Source: a virus. Taken from it: a stretch of DNA of 64,000 nt. This document shows positions 17,784 to 27,673 of this stretch, piece after piece. The first letter of the stretch is position 1. The number at the start of each line of letters is the position of its first letter. The stretch is from the IMG/VR virus record IMGVR_UViG_3300025150_000003, positions 1 through 64,000 of that record. One strand, written 5' to 3'. The notes beneath the pieces are model-generated. The model ran no database searches and was not told where the DNA came from. It was given only the letters and a program-made list of their open reading frames with translations. The translations under genes were made by a program, and so were the position numbers.

Positions 17784-18797
17784 TCACCCCTTCTTGGAAG
17801 CGATGTAGCGCGAAGCCACCCGGCCCACCTGTGCAGGGTCCTGCATCGCCAGGAGGTAGTGCGAAGCCACCCTCATCGTGCGGCGATACGTCTCAGGGAC
17901 CCCATCCTCCCCATTCCAGGGCTTCTGGGTTCCCGATGGGTAGAGCTTGGAGACCTCGGAGAAGTCCCGTTGATCGGTGTCCTTGACGATTCGCATCTCG
18001 TCGGGGTCGCCGGTCGGGGGCTTGATCTTGCCGATGTCCTCGGGGTTGAACTTGGCGGTCTTGCCGTGACAGACCGAGAGCTGCTTGTCAAGGTAGCTTA
18101 TCAGACGGGCCAGGGCGGTCATCCAGTCCTTAACCGCAGCCCCATCCACCTCGCCGGCCAGCAGCTTGGATGCCCGGCCCTGCATGTGGGTGATGTTGCT
18201 GATGATCTTCCCGGCCATCGTGGAGTCCACTGCCCACAGAGCGGACTTCGCTTTGCTGGCCGCACTGTTCAGGTACTCCGAGGCATCCGAGAACTGCATT
18301 CGCTTGAGGGCGTCCCTCGCCGAGGACAGGTCACTCGCGATCTGGCGGAGCGCTGGGATGCAGAAAGCGGTTTCTTGTACACCCCAGCCGAAGCCCACGT
18401 CTCGCTTGAGGCCCACCGGGTACTGACCCTTGGGGAGGGGCCTGCCATCCGGTGTGACGTGACGTGACCCCCAGGCGTCGATGTAGCCCTTGCCGGTCTT
18501 GTCCCGGTACTTGCCTGCTAGGACCCGTTTGGCCTCGGGCAGGGAGAGGTGGCTGAGCTTGCCATCAAACTTCGCTCCGTCGATGCGGCCGGTGAACCCA
18601 GAGTCGGTCAGAGCGCCCCAACGGAGCTTGACGCGCCAGGTCCCATCGTCACTCGGGAGGGCGATGCCCTCATAGAACTTCGAGTGATTCTTGTCCGCAT
18701 CGATCCAGTAGAGCATGAAGCCCTCACCAGTCGAGACTTTGCGGGCGTCCAGGCCATCCGGGGCCAGCATTGGCTTGTGGGCGATCTTCGAGTTCAT
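17784..18797 (-). CDS. WGR-domain protein
   Basis: DADKNHSKFY...RWGA...EAK...KTGKGY; C-terminal RVASHY and RVASRY. Confidence 0.75.
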   Translation of the reverse strand: MNSKIAHKPMLAPDGLDARKVSTGEGFMLYWIDADKNHSKFYEGIALPSDDGTWRVKLRWGALTDSGFTGRIDGAKFDGKLSHLSLPEAKRVLAGKYRDKTGKGYIDAWGSRHVTPDGRPLPKGQYPVGLKRDVGFGWGVQETAFCIPALRQIASDLSSARDALKRMQFSDASEYLNSAASKAKSALWAVDSTMAGKIISNITHMQGRASKLLAGEVDGAAVKDWMTALARLISYLDKQLSVCHGKTAKFNPEDIGKIKPPTGDPDEMRIVKDTDQRDFSEVSKLYPSGTQKPWNGEDGVPETYRRTMRVASHYLLAMQDPAQVGRVASRYIASKKG

Positions 18798-18830
18798 GTC
18801 CGGCCTCCAGAATGGATCAGCCTTGCGGGC

Positions 18831-18862
18831 TTACCTTTCTGGGTCTCATAGGCTGGATAACG
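18831..18862 (-). promoter_or_regulatory. Class II promoter-like motif
   Basis: CGTT-N7-CTAT-N13-GTAA. Confidence 0.5.
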
Positions 18863-18915
18863 ACTCGTCTTGTCAAAACTGGTCAGATCATTGTGCGGTG
18901 CACAATCATCTTTGG

Positions 18916-19155
18916 CTAGGGAAACGTCTCCGTGTCGATGGCAACCATTTTGGTGACTGGTGCTCCCTTGCAGAGAGCCAAGAGACTTTGAGCCAGCCCT
19001 AGAAGTTCCTCACGAAGCTCGTCAGCGACAGATGTCAGTTCATCCAGACCATTCCCATGTCTCCGCCAGAGAGTCTCATTCGTCGTCACCAGCCGGATGG
19101 TGAACTCACCCTCTTTCTCCTCCCACAGGAGGATGGAAACGGTAATGAAGCCCAC
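18916..19155 (-). CDS. Hypothetical protein (possible readthrough extension of 19222-19611)
   Basis: In frame with upstream gene across one TAG; no clear RBS. Confidence 0.45.
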   Translation of the reverse strand: MGFITVSILLWEEKEGEFTIRLVTTNETLWRRHGNGLDELTSVADELREELLGLAQSLLALCKGAPVTKMVAIDTETFP

Positions 19156-19221
19156 TTGGAACGTATCTTGGAAGTACCCCTCATGTTCATCCTCTGTGCA
19201 GGATCTACGGGGTGTTGCGCT

Positions 19222-19611
19222 CTATGCGAAGATGTCGTGCACGGAGTTGAAGGGTCCATCGAACGAGGCCTTCACGGGAGTCGGGGGCTCAGAAGCGACC
19301 TCGACGGTGGAGAGATCACCGAGGCAGAGGACTGTGCGCTTGCCGATGGTCTGGAAGCTGAACACCACGTTGGCAGCCTTCAGCTTGCTCAGCAGATCCT
19401 TGCGGGAAGCCGCGTACTTACTCGACCACTGCTTGGCACTCCCCTTGAGGGTGCTGCCTGACCATGCCTGGTCTCCCGTCATCAGGCTTTCCTGGTAGGA
19501 GCCCTTGGTCTGGGCCATGGCCTTGTTCCAGTTGGGGTCATTCGTGGTCTTGGGCGCGGCAGCCCAGCCGTCGCCGAGGATGATCCAGTCGGAGGGGAGG
19601 GTGAAACTCAT
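19222..19611 (-). CDS. Hypothetical protein
   Basis: GGAG RBS, class I motif upstream. Confidence 0.75.
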   Translation of the reverse strand: MSFTLPSDWIILGDGWAAAPKTTNDPNWNKAMAQTKGSYQESLMTGDQAWSGSTLKGSAKQWSSKYAASRKDLLSKLKAANVVFSFQTIGKRTVLCLGDLSTVEVASEPPTPVKASFDGPFNSVHDIFA

Positions 19612-19641
19612 CGTGGTCTCCAGTGGTTCGGGGTTCTGCTT

Positions 19642-19672
19642 CTACTACGGGCGAGCACCTGATCTTGAGCCC
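19642..19672 (-). promoter_or_regulatory. Class I promoter-like motif
   Basis: Perfect consensus. Confidence 0.8.
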
Positions 19673-19799
19673 TAAAAAAGGTCACACAGGCAGGAGAAGA
19701 TCACGAAAAGGGTCAGGGTCACGAGAGTTCCTTGGTCAGAGAAAGGGACCCACCCCGCCCCCGAAGTGAGCAAAAAGGGGCGAGGTGGGTCTAGGAGAT

Positions 19800-20588
19800 T
19801 CAGGCGGCCTTGCTGCGCTTGATGGCGTCGCGGATCTCGGGGGTGAAGTGGATCCCGTCCTTCTCCGCCTCGACCTCGGCGGTGCCACCGGCACGGAGCA
19901 GGAAGTCGGTGCCCGGCTCCAGGCGGTAGCTGACGTAGCGGCGGATGGGGAGGTGCTTGACGAACAGGTCCTTGGCGACCGTCTTTGCGGCGCTCTGGGC
20001 TTTCGGCACCGGGCCGTTCACGGCCGCGACGAGGACCTTGCTGGCGACCTGGAGACCCTGGAGGTAGATGGTGCCCGGCTTCGCCGGAGCCTCGACACCG
20101 GCGGCCTCGGCCTCGGGCGTCTGACCCTTGTAGACCCGGCATCCGCGAACCGTCTCGCCGTCCACGACCAGGGGCTCGTAGACGTGGGCCGTCGTCGAAG
20201 TGGACGGCTGGTTCGGGTCGAGCGTGCGCTGGTAGCTGGCGACCAGGTCCGCACGGGCCTCCTGCACGTCGGCCAGGGTCAGCTCGACCTCGACCGCGTT
20301 CTTCCCACGCCCCTGCCAGGCCTTGATGCCCTTCTCCTGGGCCTCGGCCAGGATGTCCGTGTCGCTGAGGGTGCTCAGCAGGTTCAGGCTGCGCTGAACC
20401 AGGCCCTCGTACTTGAAACCCGTGAAGACCACGACGTGAACCGTGTCGTCCCCGTAGCGGACCTTGTTGCCCGCCGCCCCCCGCTCGGTGCCCCTTTTCG
20501 TGGTGACGAGACCCGTGAAGGTCCCGACCTTGGCATCGGCGAGGAGCGAAGCGATGAGGTTGCTGTTGGCGTTCGTGTGAGCGTTCAT
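19800..20588 (-). CDS. Hypothetical protein, paralogue of 22618-23385
   Basis: Shared YGDDTVHV, TGF.Y, EPLV, RVY.G, PGT.Y.QG, KTVAK, YRL. Confidence 0.85.
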   Translation of the reverse strand: MNAHTNANSNLIASLLADAKVGTFTGLVTTKRGTERGAAGNKVRYGDDTVHVVVFTGFKYEGLVQRSLNLLSTLSDTDILAEAQEKGIKAWQGRGKNAVEVELTLADVQEARADLVASYQRTLDPNQPSTSTTAHVYEPLVVDGETVRGCRVYKGQTPEAEAAGVEAPAKPGTIYLQGLQVASKVLVAAVNGPVPKAQSAAKTVAKDLFVKHLPIRRYVSYRLEPGTDFLLRAGGTAEVEAEKDGIHFTPEIRDAIKRSKAA

Positions 20589-20631
20589 TGAGGTTCCTTT
20601 CGTGGCGGGTGGTTTGTCCCGCGTTCTGCAC

Positions 20632-20743
20632 CTACTACGGAGGGCTACATAGAATTGAGCCCCTTTTCGGGTTTTCTGCATAAATCCGCTAAGGGCATCC
20701 GGTGTCGTTTTAGGGCTCAATTTCCCGACCCCGTCCGTAGTAG
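20632..20743. promoter_or_regulatory. Divergent pair of class I motifs
   Basis: Minus 20632-20662; plus 20713-20743. Confidence 0.8.
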
Positions 20744-20780
20744 GTGCAGAACGGGAACACACCCCACGGGAGACACCAAG

Positions 20781-21419
20781 ATGACCATCGGCACCATCGA
20801 CCGCAGCACCTGCCGCACCATCTCGGACAAGGCTGAGGCCGCCCTCCAGACCCTCGCCACTGAACTTGGGATGACCCTGAGCCGCGAGACGGCCAGGTAC
20901 GGTAGCGACTTCGCTACCGTGAAGTTCACGTTCAAGGTGAACGCAGCCTCTGGCGTCGCCAAGACGGCCAGCCGCGACGCGGCCCTCCTCGGCCTCCCGG
21001 ACGACATCGTCGGCCGCAAGTTCGTCGCCGGGAACACCACCTACACGGTGACGGACCTCAAGCTCCGCCGCCCGAAGTTCCCGGTCAGTGGGGAAGGCCC
21101 CCACGGCGGGCGCTACAAGTTCACGGTCGAGCAGGTCCTCCGGGGCCTGCTCGACAACGCCACCACCGAGAAGTTCAAGGCGGGATCCTTCGACGCGACC
21201 GTGGTCACCCGGCGGACCGAGTCAGCCATCATGTCCGACATCCTGGATGCCTACGTCGGGCTCAGTCCCGAGAATCTCACCTGCGACGGTGAGGCATCAG
21301 CCGCCCATGTCCGTCGCACTCGCACCGCCCTCAACAAGACCCTCAAGGGCCTGTTCGCCGAGATCGTTCGTGAGGTCAGTGAGGACGAGGCCTACAAGTT
21401 CGCCCGCAAGGCGGCGTGA
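20781..21419 (+). CDS. Hypothetical protein
   Basis: GGAG RBS, class I motif upstream. Confidence 0.8.
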   Translation: MTIGTIDRSTCRTISDKAEAALQTLATELGMTLSRETARYGSDFATVKFTFKVNAASGVAKTASRDAALLGLPDDIVGRKFVAGNTTYTVTDLKLRRPKFPVSGEGPHGGRYKFTVEQVLRGLLDNATTEKFKAGSFDATVVTRRTESAIMSDILDAYVGLSPENLTCDGEASAAHVRRTRTALNKTLKGLFAEIVREVSEDEAYKFARKAA

Positions 21420-21712
21420 ACGTGGCCGAGAACCCCTGCAACACCTGCGGAGCTTGTTGCAGGGGTCTCGAAGTGGACGCAGGTGAGTTCGGGGATGATG
21501 TTCCGGCCCACCTGACCAAGGAAGACCGCCTGCTCGGACTGGTGATGCGAACCCGCAAGGGTCAGTGCATCGCCCTGAGAGGCACCATCGGGGTCAGCAC
21601 CCGATGCTCAATCTATGAAGACAGGCCGCAGGTCTGTCGGGACTTCTCCCCTGGCTGTGAACTTTGCCTCGTTTCGCGAGAGAAAGCGGGACTCAAGGGG
21701 CTCAACTCCTGA
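21416..21712 (+). CDS. YkgJ-family cysteine cluster protein
   Basis: CxxCGACC...CIAL...CSIYEDRPQVCRDF. Confidence 0.9.
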   Translation: MNVAENPCNTCGACCRGLEVDAGEFGDDVPAHLTKEDRLLGLVMRTRKGQCIALRGTIGVSTRCSIYEDRPQVCRDFSPGCELCLVSREKAGLKGLNS

Positions 21713-21728
21713 ACTCCGTCCGTAGTAG
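21698..21728 (+). promoter_or_regulatory. Class I promoter-like motif
   Basis: Perfect consensus. Confidence 0.8.
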
Positions 21729-21762
21729 TGGTGTTCAGAGACGAACACCACGGGAGAACACG

Positions 21763-22182
21763 ATGGCTCGCTTCGGATACATCCCCCACGACCAGGACCG
21801 AGAGGACCAGAAGGCCGAAGAGAAGGCCGCCCTTCGGGCGATGCGGAAGGAAGAGGTCATCTACGTTGAGCCCGATGCCCGCTTCGGAACCCTGAACCCG
21901 AACGATCCCGAGTTTGACTCGGTCGAGGACTTCGCCGAGTTCCTGATGGACGACGACCGTGAGACCTACACCTGCCACGAACTCCAGTGTGTCTGGAGCC
22001 GTGCAAAGGGACTCCGAATCCAGGAGATTCGTGCGGCCCTGACCGAATACGGCTTGACCTTGGGCCAGCGCCCCAAGGAACATGCTGTTCGAGGGTTCAA
22101 CGATAACCCAAATACCCGGTACGCCGGCAACCCGATGTGCGGGGGTGGCGGTGGCGGTTCCATCTACGGGATGGCGGACTAA
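21763..22182 (+). CDS. Hypothetical protein
   Basis: GGAG RBS, class I motif upstream. Confidence 0.75.
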   Translation: MARFGYIPHDQDREDQKAEEKAALRAMRKEEVIYVEPDARFGTLNPNDPEFDSVEDFAEFLMDDDRETYTCHELQCVWSRAKGLRIQEIRAALTEYGLTLGQRPKEHAVRGFNDNPNTRYAGNPMCGGGGGGSIYGMAD

Positions 22183-22352
22183 TGCGACCTTTCACCTGGT
22201 GGGAAATGAAGCAACTGGAGAAACTCCGCCAGGAGCAGAATCCAGGGCTCTTCCAGCAGGAGCAGCCTGCCCTACATCTTCCCCTTCCCGTTCCTTTGGA
22301 ACCGCTCCCCGTAGAGGAGGAAAACCACCGTGTCATCATCATCGACATCTAA
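22182..22352 (+). CDS. Small hypothetical protein
   Basis: TAATG coupling. Confidence 0.55.
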   Translation: MRPFTWWEMKQLEKLRQEQNPGLFQQEQPALHLPLPVPLEPLPVEEENHRVIIIDI

Positions 22353-22617
22353 TAAGGCGTGGTGGGAGGAAGCCTCCGACTGGGTCCATCTCCAGCCTGG
22401 TGCCACCGTGGAAGTTGACACCCGTGAAGGCTTCGGCGGTCTATCAGTGTGGACGCCAGCGACGTTCGTCGCATGGGAAACGGGGACGGGTGCCTACATC
22501 GTAGGGGTCAATTGCTGGATGCGGGTCAGGATGGACCTAGTGCTCCCCACTGCAAACCTCTACGGCCATAGTGGTGACTTCAAGGTCCGAGCCGGTCACG
22601 TCAGAGTCAAGTCCTGA
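22330..22617 (+). CDS. Hypothetical protein
   Basis: GAGGAGG RBS. Confidence 0.55.
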   Translation: MSSSSTSNKAWWEEASDWVHLQPGATVEVDTREGFGGLSVWTPATFVAWETGTGAYIVGVNCWMRVRMDLVLPTANLYGHSGDFKVRAGHVRVKS

Positions 22618-23385
22618 CTAGGGGGCAATCTTGAACAGGCTCAGTACAGCCTGTGGATCGATGCCAATGTGCTTGGCCTTCGCCACCTTCACTGCATCCC
22701 CTGCGACGGACATCTCGGTCACTCGCTCCGGTGACAGCCGGTATTGGCAGTAGAGCCCCACCGGCAACTGCTCTTTGATGATCTGCTTCGCCACCGTTTT
22801 CGGCTTGCTGTCCACTTGCCAGTCTCCGTGCTCGGCTGGGGTGACCAGGTTCTCACCGAGCTTGACACCCTGGACGTAGACGGTCCCAGGCACAGGGGCA
22901 CGAGGGTCCTCGGGATGTGCAGGACCCGTGTAGACCCGGCTGCCTTTCACCTTCACCCCATTGATGACCAGGGGCTCCCAGACGGAGCTACTCATCCCCG
23001 CCCTGGCCGCCCGGTCAGGGTCGGTTCCATCCGCCAGGACCTTGCGGAACCCATCACGGGTCTCCTGCAAGGCGTAGCACACGTCCTCGATGGTAGCCGT
23101 GGGCTCCAGAGCCAGGGTTGCCCGAGCCAGCCGCTCGATGTAGCCACCCTTGGCCAGTTGCTGGTTGAGGACCTTGTGCGACCGAGCAATGAGAGCTTGG
23201 TAGTTGAACCCCGTCCAGATCAGAACATGGACGGTGTCATCACCGTAGACGAGCTTCTTCCCTCTCCCCCGTTCCTTGCCCATCTTGTGGATGCAGGCTG
23301 AAAACAAGGTGCCCTGGTCCAGGGTAGTGAGTTCAGAGAGAACCGAAACCGTCTTCGTATCTGTAGCGTTCGTCTGGATGTTCAT
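22618..23385 (-). CDS. Hypothetical protein, paralogue of 19800-20588
   Basis: GAGGAGG RBS; shared motifs. Confidence 0.85.
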   Translation of the reverse strand: MNIQTNATDTKTVSVLSELTTLDQGTLFSACIHKMGKERGRGKKLVYGDDTVHVLIWTGFNYQALIARSHKVLNQQLAKGGYIERLARATLALEPTATIEDVCYALQETRDGFRKVLADGTDPDRAARAGMSSSVWEPLVINGVKVKGSRVYTGPAHPEDPRAPVPGTVYVQGVKLGENLVTPAEHGDWQVDSKPKTVAKQIIKEQLPVGLYCQYRLSPERVTEMSVAGDAVKVAKAKHIGIDPQAVLSLFKIAP

Positions 23386-23475
23386 CGAACACCTCCTCAC
23401 ATCTTCTACCCCCCTCACGGGGTTCCGAATCCCCCTCCTGGGGTAGAGTTCTCAGTCCTCTCATCGGAGATTCAC

Positions 23476-24096
23476 ATGCGCCCTCGTACTGCCAGCAAGA
23501 TCGTCGCCCGAGTCCAGGCCGGGAAAGTCACCCACAGCTCCTACTCCCGTGTCGAGGTGGAGGCCGCTTTCAAGGCAAGGAACGTGCCCCTGACCCCAGA
23601 GCACCTCAAGCCGTGGATGGACCGTGCCGCCAAGGTGAAGCACATCACCGAGCAGCAGCCCATCGCCCAGGCCTCCATCGAGGCTCGCCGCCAGGCCCGT
23701 GCGGCCCGTATCGCGGCCCGTGTCCAGGCCGCCAAGGAGCGCCAAGAGCGAATCCAGAACCTGGAGGCAGCCCGCCAGGCTCAGGAGGCCGTGGCCGTGG
23801 AGGCAGCCCGTGAGGCGTTCAAGCAGGCCCTCGAGAACGAGGTGACCGAGCTGCCCGAGTCCACCACCCTGGAGACCGGCAGCCCCGAGCTGGACCAGAG
23901 CCTCTTGAAGGCGGGGGAAATCAGCCCGACCCCCGAGGCAGCCCAGATGGCCGCCGCCTCGGGGCAGGATGAGGTCTTCGTGGACTTCGAGTCGAAGAAC
24001 GTGGCGGACCTCAAGGCCCTCGCCAAGGAGCGGGGCCTCTCGGGCTACTCCAGCCTGAAGAAGGACGACCTCATCGCCCTGCTCAAGGGCGAGTGA
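23476..24096 (+). CDS. Protein with C-terminal Rho N-terminal-like helical domain
   Basis: KNVADLKALAKERGLSGYSSLKKDDLIALL. Confidence 0.8.
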   Translation: MRPRTASKIVARVQAGKVTHSSYSRVEVEAAFKARNVPLTPEHLKPWMDRAAKVKHITEQQPIAQASIEARRQARAARIAARVQAAKERQERIQNLEAARQAQEAVAVEAAREAFKQALENEVTELPESTTLETGSPELDQSLLKAGEISPTPEAAQMAAASGQDEVFVDFESKNVADLKALAKERGLSGYSSLKKDDLIALLKGE

Positions 24097-27000
24097 AGTT
24101 CCAGATCCCTTCAAGCTCGGCCGGATAGGGCAAACGACCCCAGGCCTCCAAGTACATCTCCGTGATGTCCTGGAGGGCCTGGCCCATCACATCTGCCGGG
24201 CCGTCACCACCGTACAGGCCATCCACCCCCCTGCCTCTCGCGGGGGTGGATTCCTCCGCCTGTCGTGCCCTCACCGATGGACCACCAGCCCGCCGCCTTC
24301 AGGATGCACCGAGCCGTGAAAGCCCGTCGCCTCTGCCGGTCCTGATTCTTGACCGAGGTTGCCATTTTCCTGATGCCCCCCTGCCGCTGCTGGAGCAGGA
24401 AGCTGTGGGTCTCGTGGTCATCGGCGAACGTCCGTAGCATGTTGTCGAGCCCCAGCCCCAGGTCCCCATGAGCATCCAGGTAGTCCAGGACCCGCTTGAG
24501 GATGGCCTGCCAGGCCCGCTCGGTGTTCAGAGCCCGGATGATGGGGTCCCCCTCCGCCGCGAAATTGGACAAGAATCGGGTCATGTGGTGGGCTTGCAGG
24601 GGGCCGTCCACAGCCTCGTTGCCGAACAGCCCCGTCAGCTTCTCAGCGAGCCCATCGATCTCCTCATCGACCTTCTCGTAGAGCCGCTGGAACATGAGGT
24701 GGTCGCCGTAGGAGCCGGTCACCTGCCAGTGGGTGGTGTGGTAGTTCCAGCTCATCGCCCGAAGGAACCCGAGGACGGGAGATAGAAGGCTGGCTGCATC
24801 ATCGGAAGAGGCTGCCTTGTGGCCCTCCACACAGGTATCCAGCTTCTTGTAGTAGTCCTCGTCCTCGGCCCTGGCTTGGCCCGATCTTGCCTCGGCTGCT
24901 GCCATCTGTTCGAGCTGCCTCAGCATGTCCTTGGCCGCCCCGTGTAGAGCCGCCTGACTACGGTTTTTGAGGGTAACCTGGATGCTAGCGGGATCCTCCG
25001 GCAATCTTGCTGTGAAATCCCCCCCAGTCCCATTGTACGTGAACTTCGTAACCAGTCGGGCGGGCCGATTCAACAGGAGTTCAGTCATGGTGAGATGAGT
25101 ATCTCCTTTGACCCCCTCCAAATGGTAGGATGTGGGGTTCTGCCCCATCCTCATCTTGGTCTTGTAGCCTGCCTTTTCCCAAACGTTCTTGGCGTTCTGG
25201 GCCAAGAATACCACCAGCTCATCATAGGTGGTTGGGATGGCCGTCGCCTCTCGGGTCAGTGCTGCAATTGTTTCATTGGCCAGGACTGCCATCCTCTTCA
25301 CTGATGCACTCACTTTCTTGCCCTTGTTGTCCCGGTTCTGTACCCACCGCCAGAACGCCCCGATGGGCATCGCGGTGTAGTCATCCGCCAGAAAGAACCC
25401 AGGCCGGTCGTACTGCCGCTTGTAGGCCCCGATGGACTCTTCGACGGACTTGAACCCGATCATCACCTTGTCTTCGTCGTATGCCCCATCCCAGGGGTTG
25501 TGCTGGTGAATCACGACGACGATGGATGAGTCGTGGTTGTCGCCCACATAGACGTCGAGCTTGTCACCGTCCACACCCTCGGTGTTCCGAATCTCGCCGT
25601 AGTGGGAGAACATATGGGTGGACCAGTCCCCCTCGGGACCAGTGCCCGAACGGGTGGAGCCCTTGGCGTTCTCTACGTCGATCTCGATGCCCTGGAAGTC
25701 GATGAAGCCTTCGTAGGGAAACTCCTTCCGCTTCGCCTTGGCAGGTTCGAGCTTCACTGGGTGGAAGGTGTTGGGAACCTCGACCACCTTGGCGTTCGAC
25801 TTGGCGGTCTTTGACCAGGACTGAATGCCCTTCGTGTTCAAAGTCACGGCAGCCCTACCACTCCAATGAATGCTGATATGGAACATTCCGGGACCGAACT
25901 TGTGGCTCAAAAGGTAGTCAATGTCGTCCTGCAAGACCTCACTGTATTCGGGGTCCTTGTCGATCTTCTTCCGGTACTTGGGGTGTACCGTCCATGTGGG
26001 GGTGCTACCCACAACCTCGGCATCAACCCACTGAATTGGCCCGACACTGACCTCCATCCTTTCCAGGAACTTCGTGACAGCGGCTGTGGTGAAATGGGAA
26101 GCCAGCTTCACACGGTCGTGCTTGGTGACCTTCTTGGTCTTCGGGTCCACCAGGAACACGCACTCACCATCTCGGTAGGCATCCTGCCCCTGGTAGCGAC
26201 GAACGAACTTGGCGTCCTCGGGCAGGGTAGCAGGGCACGGGGAGACCAGGATGCGCTTGCCGGAACGGAGACCGGGGATGTTGTGCAGAGCCACTCCGGT
26301 GACCTTCTTGAGCAGCTCCCACGCGGCCTTGGTCTGACCGGAATTGATCAGCCGGTCCATGAGGGATTCTTCCGCAGGCTTGGCGATCTGGTAGAACTTC
26401 ATCATCTCCATCGCGCCCATGTTGCCTGGATAGGCTGCCCCTGCCTTGGGGTAGGCAGCTTCATCATCGGCCAGTAGGAACTTGATGGCGAGTTCCTCCT
26501 CGTCTTCTTTCTCTTGCGCCCGCTTGGAGACCTTCTCCTCTACCACCCAGTCTTCGGCATCATCGTGCTTGGCCATCACAGGCTGGACCAACTTGAGTCC
26601 AACGATTTCCGCATCACGATGGCTTCGTGCCTGAAAGTCCTTCTCGAACAGGGTCTTGCCCGAGTTGCTGAACAGGTAGACGGTCCAGGTGGACGGCCCG
26701 CCTGCCCGGCGACCCCCCTCAGCGGAGGATGCAAACCCAGGATGGTCACCGAGCTTCTGGGCGACGTAGCGCATCTCGGCCAGGGACCAGGTCTTGCCCG
26801 TGGGGGAGAGGGCCGTGCGGCTGGTGAACAGGAAGAACTCGGCCCCGTCGGTACGCCAGGGGAATTCCTTCCACATGATCACGTCCCACTGACCCTGGGC
26901 GTTCGACCAGTGGAACGAGAACGCTTTGTGGGCACCCTTCACACGAGGCACCTGCACGGGCTTGTAGACGTGCTTGACAATGCCCTGTGTCAGTGCACGA

Positions 27001-27218
27001 GCGATCTCGGCGATGTCCCCACCGCTCTGCAAGAAGCCGTAGCCCTGCCGTGGGTTCAGCGTGAGCTGCATCTCTTCGGCGGCCACCTTGCCCCCCTTCA
27101 TCTTCTTGTAGATGCCGGTGACGTAAGCCCAGTTCTCTCTCTGGCCCTGCTCAGCAGCCACATCTTGTGCTTTCGCCCAAAGATGCTCGTCGCGCTTGGT
27201 TTTTACGAAGGCAGGCAT
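24083..27218 (-). CDS. Polyvalent protein with InPase and Dps/ferritin-like domains; probable frameshift near C-terminus
   Basis: VENAKGSTRSG...HYGEI..TEGVDGDKLDVYVG...DEDKVM.GF; HTTHWQVTG..GDHLMFQRLYE...DGLAEK; ORF stops at 24204, +1 frame continues to 24083. Confidence 0.8.
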
Positions 27219-27336
27219 TAGCGGATTTCCTTCACCGTCAGCGTTGCAGTGGCCACGACCAGCGCAACCCCACCGGCATCAGGTACAAGCCTGTTGAGGG
27301 CTGCGGGCCAAGTCATGTGTTTCCTCCGAGGTAATC

Positions 27337-27367
27337 CTACCCTCTCGGGGGAATAGTCGAACTAACG
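27337..27367 (-). promoter_or_regulatory. Class II promoter-like motif
   Basis: CGTT-N7-CTAT-N12-GTAG. Confidence 0.55.
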
Positions 27368-27673
27368 CCGCATCCCAGGCACCTTGCCACGATCCCCTGC
27401 TCGCAACTGCCGTGGAGAGTTCGGCCTATTGTCACCGGCGAGACTCTCCATGTCCAGGCAGCGGTGAAGGGCAACCTGATACTGTTCCTCGGTGAAGCTC
27501 TCCGCTCGGACCACCTGAGGCCAAGGGAGCTTTCGGTCCGGGTAGGGCCAGCTGCTGTTGGGAAGCCTCTTCATGAAGCTCAGGGCATCCTGAGCCAGCC
27601 AATCGTCGAGCTGCATAGCCATCAGCTGCTCGATGCGGGAAGCCAGTCCTTCTCGACGGGGGCGTGGGATCAT
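27362..27673 (-). CDS. Hypothetical protein
   Basis: ATGA coupling. Confidence 0.55.
   Translation of the reverse strand: MIPRPRREGLASRIEQLMAMQLDDWLAQDALSFMKRLPNSSWPYPDRKLPWPQVVRAESFTEEQYQVALHRCLDMESLAGDNRPNSPRQLRAGDRGKVPGMRR

Noticed and set aside
27218-27316. 32-codon ORF upstream of the polyvalent protein
   Set aside because: Has an RBS and TAATG coupling but is too short and featureless to assign; may be a remnant
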